A stretch of 33,078 nt of DNA from Candidatus Heimdallarchaeota archaeon (lineage in GTDB: Archaea; Asgardarchaeota; Heimdallarchaeia; JABLTI01): the NCBI GenBank assembly GCA_019056785.1, contig DXJV01000027.1, positions 1-33,078 of the forward strand, written 5' to 3'. Of this stretch, positions 25,550 to 33,078 are shown one piece after another. The notes under the pieces were generated by a model that had not been told where the DNA came from, searched no databases, and saw only the letters and a program-made list of their open reading frames with translations. The stretch's first letter is position 1; every line of letters begins with the position of its first letter. Both the position numbers and the translations under genes were made by a program.

Positions 25550-26134
25550 ATGGGTTACGAAATGACTAGACCGGCACAAAAATGGCTCGGATTAGGAGTA
25601 GTTGCAGGAGCCTTTCTCTTATTGCTCTTCACTATGGCAGTTCCATATGTCAATCATTTTGGTTCTGGAACTCACAGATATACTTATTTCACTCGGTGGA
25701 ATGGAAAATGGCGCGAAGGTCAGATGACCACCTATAATGGCGCGGATGAATTGTTTAATTTTCCAAAATCTGCTTCGTGGTTTATTGGCATAGGATTATT
25801 AATAGTATTAATTGGTGCTGGTTATTTATTCTGGCTAACTTATTCTAATAAACCCGATTATTTCACACATGAGCGCCCAGGCCCTATCGGAGGCATTGTG
25901 ACTTCTGTCGGATTAATATTCTACTTCATTGGAAATCTTATTTACGAGCATTGGGCTTACGGTTCACCAAGGCCACTTTCAGGTTGGCCAGCTGACAGTA
26001 ATTTTGATGAAACCACAGTTCGTTTGTCACCAACATTTTGGTTGGCTTTTGTAATTGCATTAATTACATTTACTTTTGCAACAATGTCAATTCTTTATTA
26101 CTTGGATACAGTCTCTAAACGGCCTGTTAAATAA
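25550..26134 (+). CDS. hypothetical 4-TM membrane protein
   Basis: Four hydrophobic helices with two aromatic-rich loops; SD GGAGG. Confidence 0.78.
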   Translation: MGYEMTRPAQKWLGLGVVAGAFLLLLFTMAVPYVNHFGSGTHRYTYFTRWNGKWREGQMTTYNGADELFNFPKSASWFIGIGLLIVLIGAGYLFWLTYSNKPDYFTHERPGPIGGIVTSVGLIFYFIGNLIYEHWAYGSPRPLSGWPADSNFDETTVRLSPTFWLAFVIALITFTFATMSILYYLDTVSKRPVK

Positions 26135-26146
26135 ACAAAAAAAGTA

Positions 26147-26177
26147 TCCCCCTTTGAGGGGAATTTTCTTTCTTTCT
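26147..26177. terminator. short hairpin flanked by A and T tracts between convergent genes
   Basis: CCCCT-ttg-AGGGG followed by TTTTCTTTCTTT and preceded by AAAAAAA. Confidence 0.5.
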
Positions 26178-26193
26178 GAGAAAAATTTCTTAG

Positions 26194-27387
26194 TCATTTT
26201 TTCTTATTTAATTGTTTTTTCTCCAAACGTTTAATTGGCCCTTTAATTTTCGGCACCACTAAATCGCATGATGGACATTTCTCCCAGGTCAACCCTTCAA
26301 CGAGATCACCTGTCAGATATCTAATGAAAGCAGTGCCATGCCAACCAATATGACTAAAAGCCAAGAGCCCTTTTTCGCTTTCACCTACAGGCTCCAAAGT
26401 TTTCTGATCAAGGACCTCCCAATAGAAATATCGAGGATTAAGATGAATGCCAGAGTCCTCTGAACATTCATAGAAAACGGCTCTTGCACGATTGTTAGCA
26501 TAACTTTCCAGGATTTTTGGTTCAGAACCAATTTTTTGGAATAACGTTTTTATCTCCTTTTTTACTTTCTCGTTCATCGTTTCGCCGGTTAAAATACACA
26601 GTTTAAAACTAGAAATGGGAGTAATCTCACTGTTTTCAATTTGTTTGTGAGCATATTCCAACCAAAGCTTGGTTAAAGAAGGGGTCCCCACAAAAGTTTC
26701 AAAAGTAATGTCAGAGGCGATTTGGAGTTGTTTTTGGAGTGGCGTGTCTTCTTCATCACAGGCAAAATATAAACCTCCGCCAATGGTAGTTGGGGACCAA
26801 ACATTCTGGAAGTAAGCAATTGTCGGCTCTGGTGAGAGAATATTATAGATCTCCCAATTTGGCCGGAAGCCGCTTAAAAAGAGGGCACCTATAAGTTCAG
26901 GGACAATCTTTTCGAGGTCATATTTCGTATAAGCAATTAAAGCAGGTTTTTGAGCAGATGAAGTACTTAGAAAAAGAGCAGGCAACCAGTCATTAACAGC
27001 TTCCATTATAATTCGTTCTTCTTCTGTTATTCGCTCTGTGCTAAAAACTTCTCGAAGATAGGTTTTGTGCAAACTTTTTAGCCAATACTTAAAAGTCGTT
27101 TTTCGTGGAAGTGGATCTGTCTGAAAAGTACTTTCCCACCAGCCTGGTTGATAGGGTTGCAAAATAAAACGTTTCGGATTTTGTAGATGCAATTCTTTTG
27201 TTGTAGGGGGGATTCTCTGAAAATCTTCAAAAGTGAACAGGTCATTCACATCTATCTCATGCTTTTTAAACCACTCTCGGTAGAAGGGGCTATACTTTGA
27301 AATTGTATTTCGAAGATAGAAGAAAAGTCGCTTTTTAAGCACTCGTTTTTGTTTCTTAATACGCCATTGATAATTATATTGCACCAT
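26194..27387 (-). CDS. phenylacetate-CoA ligase (PaaK)-like adenylate-forming family protein, degenerate
   Basis: SPFYR, IP.TTK, GTPS, TGE, EC...G.H, E..D..T.EPV..GLL, RY.TGD, C..C...P; P-loop eroded and C-terminal domain absent. Confidence 0.75.
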   Translation of the reverse strand: MVQYNYQWRIKKQKRVLKKRLFFYLRNTISKYSPFYREWFKKHEIDVNDLFTFEDFQRIPPTTKELHLQNPKRFILQPYQPGWWESTFQTDPLPRKTTFKYWLKSLHKTYLREVFSTERITEEERIIMEAVNDWLPALFLSTSSAQKPALIAYTKYDLEKIVPELIGALFLSGFRPNWEIYNILSPEPTIAYFQNVWSPTTIGGGLYFACDEEDTPLQKQLQIASDITFETFVGTPSLTKLWLEYAHKQIENSEITPISSFKLCILTGETMNEKVKKEIKTLFQKIGSEPKILESYANNRARAVFYECSEDSGIHLNPRYFYWEVLDQKTLEPVGESEKGLLAFSHIGWHGTAFIRYLTGDLVEGLTWEKCPSCDLVVPKIKGPIKRLEKKQLNKKK

Positions 27388-27551
27388 TTGTAGGTCACTT
27401 TTTTTTTAACACATTTATTATAACTTCTTAAAATATATTATTCAATAAATACTTTCTGAACAATTGTTTTACCGATGGTGAAGGAAAAGGAGAAAGAATT
27501 TTAATAAGATAATAAGGCATTCTTTTAACTAAATAGTAAAGAGGAATGTTC

Positions 27552-28589
27552 ATGATCAAAAAAATTGGAATATTAACAAGTGGAGGGGACGCTCCTGGCC
27601 TAAATCCCGTGATTGCCGGGTTTACTAGAAAAGCAACAGAGCTTGGCTATGAAGTCCTTGGCTTCTTAGATGGTTGGCGAGGTCTTATTGAAAAGGAGTT
27701 CGAAGTATTGACCCTTGAACGTGTAAAGGAAATCGTTCAAGAAGGTGGGACTATTCTCGGCTCCTCAAGAACAAACCCCTGGAAAATCGAAGATGGATTT
27801 GAAAAGATTCATGACAGCCTAAAAAAACTCGACATTCATGCTTTTGCAGCTTGCGGAGGAGATGATACGCTTGGAGTTGCTAAAGAACTTACACAGCAAG
27901 GCGCAAAAGTTATCGGGGTGCCCAAAACAATAGATAATGACCTCGAGGCAACAGATCAAACATTTGGGTTTGATACATCAATCAATATTGCTATGGAAGC
28001 TATTGATCGACTACGCACCACGGCAAAGTCACATCATCGTGTCTTCGTTTTGGAGCTCATGGGAAGACATACCGGATGGATCGCCCTAGAAGCTGGATTA
28101 GCGGGGAATGCTAATGCAATTATAATACCAGAATTCGAATATTCCATCGATGAGCTCTGCGAATTGTTAAAGAAGAGGCATAAACAACCACGGAATTATA
28201 GCATCGTTGTTGTCGCAGAAGGAGTAATCTTCCCAGAAATGAAGGAAAAAATCGAACAGGCAGGAGTAGATGCATTTGGGAACTTGATCTTAGCCAACCT
28301 TAAAGTGGGAGAATTTCTCGCAGAAGAGATTAAAAAACGAACAAAACTTCCAGTTCGAAGCATCACATTGGGGCACATCCAAAGAGGTGGTCCACCTAGC
28401 GCGTATGATCGAGTTCTAGGTTTGCGATATGGCGCCAGAGCAGCCGAATTAATTCATAAGGGAAAGTTTGGTAGGATGGTGAGTCTTCAAGGGAATAATA
28501 TCACAGATGTTCCTATTGAAAAAGCTGTTGCAAAAAGAAAGAGTGTTCCGGAAGATCTATGGTTATTAGCAAAATCATTTTTTGGTTAA
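27552..28589 (+). CDS. pfkA: 6-phosphofructokinase, PFK-A family, PPi-dependent signature
   Basis: LTSGGDAPGLN, GGTILGSSR, GGDDT, PKTIDND, TFGFDT, ELMGR, LGHIQRGG; ATG 27546 is an alternative start. Confidence 0.95.
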   Translation: MIKKIGILTSGGDAPGLNPVIAGFTRKATELGYEVLGFLDGWRGLIEKEFEVLTLERVKEIVQEGGTILGSSRTNPWKIEDGFEKIHDSLKKLDIHAFAACGGDDTLGVAKELTQQGAKVIGVPKTIDNDLEATDQTFGFDTSINIAMEAIDRLRTTAKSHHRVFVLELMGRHTGWIALEAGLAGNANAIIIPEFEYSIDELCELLKKRHKQPRNYSIVVVAEGVIFPEMKEKIEQAGVDAFGNLILANLKVGEFLAEEIKKRTKLPVRSITLGHIQRGGPPSAYDRVLGLRYGARAAELIHKGKFGRMVSLQGNNITDVPIEKAVAKRKSVPEDLWLLAKSFFG

Positions 28590-28774
28590 AGTATTACTAT
28601 CTTTTTACTTTTTTTCTCTTCGGTGCAAGCTCTTATTACTGCTGCTCTATTGATGGTGATATGCAAGGGTTTTTTAGGGAGGGAGACGTATGTAATTGTA
28701 TGTAGATTAGCCTTTATGTACGTATAAAGCAACACACAATTAGAGAATTGAAACATAGGATTTGAGTAAAAAAA

Positions 28775-30205
28775 ATGATTGTTCTTTTAGATAAAGATGA
28801 CCCTGATAAAGCACCACTTCGAATGCATCTGGTAGATACGCATACACATTTAGGAAAAGAGGAGGTAGTGAGAGGGAAAGGAAAAGATTATCGAATCATA
28901 CGTCCTAAGGATCACCTTGACTTTTATGAGAAATTAAAATTCGACCTCTTTAAAAGAATGAATGACTATCCAGAAGATTTTGCCTATAAACCACCATCAA
29001 CAGCTAAAATGTTCAGCCCTCCTGCAACACGACTACAAAAGATTATTTTCGAAGAACAAAGAAAAACACAAAATCTTGGCTGGCTTGCTGATAAAATCGT
29101 TTCTTTTCCGTTACATGACATTCTTCTAGCGAAAACTTCACCAAAGTTTGTTAAATCTAATGATTATATTATTACACGAGCACAAACATTTGAGTATGGC
29201 TCCAGGTTAGTGCCTTTTTGCCGTGTGGACCCAATGGATGGGGAAGCAGCCATTGCAGAGATAAAACGTTGTAGTGAACATGGTGCGCGAGGATTAAAAT
29301 TACACCCCCTTTCCGAGAAATGGCTTGATGAAATTGTAAGTGAGAAAGTTTTTGCAGTCGTCCAAACAGCAATAGAACACCGGCTTCCAGTCATATTTGA
29401 TTGTCAAAATTATCAAACAGCACAAGAGATTCATCAAGTAACAATGACTGTACGCGAACGAACGAATGTAAAAGATTTTACTATCATCATTGGCCATTTT
29501 GGTTTTGATTACCAAACACCCGGAATGTTTGAAATTTTAGACGATCCGAATATCAAGACTGAGACATCCGGCATGCGAGGTGACGACTGCGAGATTTTTT
29601 ACCGAAATTGTATGAACCTTACTGAGACTTGGGAGCAATCAACTATGTATGGAACTGATCATAATTATTTCAGTGTCCCTCAAGCAAGTGACCACCTGTC
29701 CTTTTTATTCTCATATAAGGCAAAAGAAATGGGTATAACAGAGGAGCATTTAAAACGCGTTCTTGGACTTAATGCCTTGAAAAATCTAAAAATATACTGG
29801 CCAACTAAGGTCATCCAGCGGAAAGGAATTAATGATACAAAGGTTTCCTGGAACGATTTCAATCGCATTAAAAAATGCAAAACCCAAGGAAAATTGGCAG
29901 AGGTAATAACCGAGTTATGTTCAAAATCAGGGGTTTATTTTAACACAGACTTCTTGTTTGACCCCTCCGGTGAAAAAATCTTCGACGAGTTATATATTTT
30001 GAACGTTTTCGCAGACATTATCGATTTGCGACGAAGTTTCGTCGTACAAAACCTCGAGGCTAATGCTGTGAAAGTTTCAGAGGTAACAAAACTGGTCGAA
30101 GCAGCAAATAAAATAACAGAAATTTTAGAAGAACAAACAGAAGAGTATCCATTTACGACCCAATACTTGTTTAATTATTTACTTCACCAAAAACCAAAAG
30201 GATAA
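28775..30205 (+). CDS. amidohydrolase-2 family TIM-barrel metallohydrolase with an extra C-terminal domain
   Basis: DTHTH, PFCRVDP, GLKLHP, PVIFD, IIGHFG, YGTDH, LG.NA; about 130 further residues follow. Confidence 0.85.
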   Translation: MIVLLDKDDPDKAPLRMHLVDTHTHLGKEEVVRGKGKDYRIIRPKDHLDFYEKLKFDLFKRMNDYPEDFAYKPPSTAKMFSPPATRLQKIIFEEQRKTQNLGWLADKIVSFPLHDILLAKTSPKFVKSNDYIITRAQTFEYGSRLVPFCRVDPMDGEAAIAEIKRCSEHGARGLKLHPLSEKWLDEIVSEKVFAVVQTAIEHRLPVIFDCQNYQTAQEIHQVTMTVRERTNVKDFTIIIGHFGFDYQTPGMFEILDDPNIKTETSGMRGDDCEIFYRNCMNLTETWEQSTMYGTDHNYFSVPQASDHLSFLFSYKAKEMGITEEHLKRVLGLNALKNLKIYWPTKVIQRKGINDTKVSWNDFNRIKKCKTQGKLAEVITELCSKSGVYFNTDFLFDPSGEKIFDELYILNVFADIIDLRRSFVVQNLEANAVKVSEVTKLVEAANKITEILEEQTEEYPFTTQYLFNYLLHQKPKG

Positions 30206-30234
30206 ACAAGTAAGAACGAAAGGAGAAACACTCC

Positions 30235-33078
30235 ATGAGCAACTCTCAAATGCAAAAACAAGCTTCGTCTACAGAAGCACGATTGCGAAAATTGCCCTTT
30301 ACCCATGGAGTGGAAATTGAAAATTTCATTACAAATAAGCAAGGCGACATCCTTGAGGATGGAAAAGAGCTGGTTGCTGTTTGGGATCAAATGTTTAATG
30401 GAGCATTGAAATTCCTGAAAAGTTTGACAAGCACAACAAGCAGTGTCCCCGAGTATATTCGCAAAAAAATTAAACGCGTCGTCCGAAAAGATGTTGAAAG
30501 GCATGGCAAGCTTATTCGCTACGTACAAATTCATTATCAAATTAATGGGCAAACAATTGCCATAAATGTCTTTGGTCCTGATCCAAACATTTCGCAAATA
30601 ACCTGGCTTTTAGAGCTAGTGACGCCCCCTTGTGAATATCTCGAAGAAATAGATTGGTGGATAAATACCCTCTATTTAGCCGCCTCAAGCTCTCTTACTC
30701 GCGGGTATTCAATTCAATCTCTAGGGTTTAATCCACGTCAGAGTGAGTACCGTGCGGGAGTGACTTGTGGTGAACACCACCATCTTGGGGGTTTTAAAAA
30801 TACAAAGGAAAAGAAAGCCGTCTATAACTTAATTCGGGCGTATATCCCCCATTTAATGGCGCTATCAAACACTTCCCCTTTTATAGATGGCAAACCTTCA
30901 GGTAGAATTATCCTGAAAAAAGGTACAGATGGGCGGACATTAATTTTAGCGCCAGATTGTATTCGAAGCTTCCGATTAAAAGAAAACTCCGGGCAATTAG
31001 GACCAAATATCCCTGAATATTTACCATACGTTGGTACAAACTTCCGGCGAGAACAATTCTCTCGCTATGTCCGGAAAGAAATTCCCGATGATCGATATGT
31101 GGATGCTTTTCCATTTACTTCATATGGGACGATTGAATTACGATTCTTTGATACCCAATTTGATCAAAGAATCAGGTTAATGACAATTATTCTCCTCCAA
31201 AGTATCGCTCTAAAAGCAATAAAAATAGTGCGGACCGGCGGAACAATCCCCGAAGTTCGAGGGAATTCACTGTTTGAGCATCGTAAGAGAGCAATTAATT
31301 TTGGGATGTTCGCCAAATTTCAAGGGGACCCCTCTATCGAGCAGCAAGGAGGGGACTTTGTAAAACATTACAATCATAACCCCGAAACCGGAGGTCCACC
31401 TGGAAAAATCTTTGAATCTTTACGCTCGTTAGTTCTTTGGTTAAAAGAGGAATTCCTACAACTCAAAGTCACTGAAGTAGAGATTGCTCCACTTTTAATC
31501 ATGCTCTGGGGGACAAACCGAATCGCGCCACCAATATCACCAACAACATTCATGTTTTACCTTTATGAACAAAATAATTCTGTTGCAAAAGTGATCAATA
31601 GTTTAGGATTGATAAATGGAAAACCATGTAAATCATTTTGTGAATTATTAGGAAGACCAACAACAACATTTCAAGAACTCTTCATGATTAAAACGGCAAA
31701 ACCAAAGACTGCAAAGGATAGCACCAAGAGCCTTTTGGCAAGAAAATTACAACAAGATTCGCGCACCCGCCGAAAAAAGGTGATGGCAAAAGAACGAGCA
31801 AGGTTAAAGGCCAAACAAGCACTTAAAACGAAGATGCTTCGAGAACAGATGAGACGAGAAAAGGAATTGGAGAGAAAACGGCAAGAAAGACTACAAAGAT
31901 TGGAAAAAATCAAACGACCGCCACCAAAACCGGTTCAACGCTCACAAGTGAAAAAACTTAAGCCAACAAAAATACCACCGCCTAAAAAGCCAAAGAAACT
32001 TTCAAGTTCAAAACCAATAACAAAAACCAAAATTCCCTCAAGAAGTGCCACGAAAAAGCCAACAGTAAAAACACAAATCAAGCCAATAAAAAAGCAGGTA
32101 AAGAAGCCTTCTACTAAAAAAACCCCGCAAAAAAAGCAGCCCACAACACTAAAAGTTTCCCAATCTTCAAAGAAGAAAAAAGTAATTACCAAGCAAGCCA
32201 TAGCAAAACATTCGCAAAGCCTTCGACGAAAGACAACGACACCACAAACAAAGCCGAAGGCACAAGCATATGCTTCATCAGTTAGCGCAACAAAACGATA
32301 TACTGCACGTCAAATATCTTTACCAAAACCGGTTACAACGAAAAGAACTGTTACACCAAAAACCATAAAGAAAAAAGCAACTACTAGAACAGCTATTGGA
32401 GTGGTAAAGAAAACAGCAATAACGCCGGAGCTTGTTCCTTTTAGAAACACAAAAATAATTCGGAATATTTTTATTATGAATTGCCCCACAAAAATAGATT
32501 ACAACACCATTTTACCCGTTATTAAGATAAAATGGAAACGCTCTCTCATACAATCATTAAAAACCCTTCCAGTAAATGTAGAAGCTGAAGTAGAAGCAAT
32601 TAGAACAAGAACAAATTACAAGAAAAGAGTCTTCCAGGAAAAAATCATCCTGGAACGGGCGTCTCTTTTAGATAGTTGCTTCTTACCCATCCCAATTGAC
32701 TTGGGTATAGCAAAAGGAGAATTCAGGATAAAGTTCATCGTTCGTGATTTACAGAAACGAAGGATTATAGCCATTGATTATCTTACCATTACAAAAAACG
32801 GTGTCGCCACAGATCGAAAACATACAATTTCAAAATTAAAAATTCCGCCAAATCAAATCGGAGATTCGACTATATCTATTCAAATACAAGCAGCGAAGAA
32901 AAATTTGCGGGGAAAATTAGCCCTCTTAGGGGTTTCACAAAGAGGGATAATCAAACTGTACGAGAAGAAAGCAAAATTCCAATCGGCAAAATTCAGCTTA
33001 GATATTCCGGTTGTTATTCCTGCAAGTATTTGTTCCTCAAATTGGTATGTTTTTGCAACCTTTAGCGCAAGAGGAGCA
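30235..33078 (+). CDS. GCS2/YbdK-type carboxylate-amine (glutamate-cysteine ligase-fold) ligase fused to a coiled coil, a Lys/Pro/Thr-rich tract and a beta-rich domain; 3'-truncated by the window
   Basis: Translated by hand: 948 codons with no stop; SD AGGAG; motifs FTHGVEIE, LELVTPP, CGEHHHLG, LMALSNTSPF, RSFR, GTIELRFFD. Confidence 0.88.
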   Translation, partial: MSNSQMQKQASSTEARLRKLPFTHGVEIENFITNKQGDILEDGKELVAVWDQMFNGALKFLKSLTSTTSSVPEYIRKKIKRVVRKDVERHGKLIRYVQIHYQINGQTIAINVFGPDPNISQITWLLELVTPPCEYLEEIDWWINTLYLAASSSLTRGYSIQSLGFNPRQSEYRAGVTCGEHHHLGGFKNTKEKKAVYNLIRAYIPHLMALSNTSPFIDGKPSGRIILKKGTDGRTLILAPDCIRSFRLKENSGQLGPNIPEYLPYVGTNFRREQFSRYVRKEIPDDRYVDAFPFTSYGTIELRFFDTQFDQRIRLMTIILLQSIALKAIKIVRTGGTIPEVRGNSLFEHRKRAINFGMFAKFQGDPSIEQQGGDFVKHYNHNPETGGPPGKIFESLRSLVLWLKEEFLQLKVTEVEIAPLLIMLWGTNRIAPPISPTTFMFYLYEQNNSVAKVINSLGLINGKPCKSFCELLGRPTTTFQELFMIKTAKPKTAKDSTKSLLARKLQQDSRTRRKKVMAKERARLKAKQALKTKMLREQMRREKELERKRQERLQRLEKIKRPPPKPVQRSQVKKLKPTKIPPPKKPKKLSSSKPITKTKIPSRSATKKPTVKTQIKPIKKQVKKPSTKKTPQKKQPTTLKVSQSSKKKKVITKQAIAKHSQSLRRKTTTPQTKPKAQAYASSVSATKRYTARQISLPKPVTTKRTVTPKTIKKKATTRTAIGVVKKTAITPELVPFRNTKIIRNIFIMNCPTKIDYNTILPVIKIKWKRSLIQSLKTLPVNVEAEVEAIRTRTNYKKRVFQEKIILERASLLDSCFLPIPIDLGIAKGEFRIKFIVRDLQKRRIIAIDYLTITKNGVATDRKHTISKLKIPPNQIGDSTISIQIQAAKKNLRGKLALLGVSQRGIIKLYEKKAKFQSAKFSLDIPVVIPASICSSNWYVFATFSARGA

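Noticed and set aside
30184-32201. Minus-strand ORFs 30184-30597, 30908-31114, 31671-31913 and 31935-32201
   Set aside because: They are antisense shadows of the long + strand ligase ORF; the Phe/Leu/Val richness mirrors Lys-rich codons.
21464-32427. Direct pairing of the acidic vWA tail with the basic ligase tract
   Set aside because: The genes are 9 kb apart in different transcription units; charge complementarity alone is not evidence.
1-33078. tRNA/rRNA genes, CRISPR arrays, IS elements and integrases
   Set aside because: Intergenic gaps are short and AT-rich, and by eye I saw no cloverleaf, spaced repeats, terminal inverted repeats or transposase motifs. A tRNAscan/Infernal run would confirm this.

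Overview
AT-rich, gene-dense archaeal chromosome segment with about 29 CDS. I found no rRNA, tRNA, CRISPR array or mobile element. TiaS, CarS, an HMf-type histone and an archaeal/eukaryote-type TrpRS establish Archaea; a Rab-like small GTPase suggests an Asgard archaeon (inference). Housekeeping genes include tiaS, a gcvH-like gene, a ThiS/SAMP ubiquitin-like gene, pyrF, trpS, carS, panE and a PPi-type PFK. Five items stand out. (1) A divergent four-gene locus has a GGDEF-like palm-domain protein (signature changed to RGTEE) plus a PHP phosphoesterase on one arm, and a stand-alone Lrp/AsnC (RAM) domain plus an EamA transporter with its own C-terminal RAM domain on the other. (2) A >948-codon ORF missing from the supplied track (30235 to the window end) encodes a GCS2/carboxylate-amine ligase fused to a histone-H1-like basic tract, directly downstream of an amidohydrolase. 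(3) A Cdc48/p97 N-domain is fused to a vWA domain and an acidic tail. (4) A NuoD/hydrogenase-large-subunit plus NuoH pair has lost its catalytic motifs. (5) A histone variant is altered at stacking and tetramerisation positions. All family calls come from reading motifs by eye; no database search was run, so novelty is unverified.
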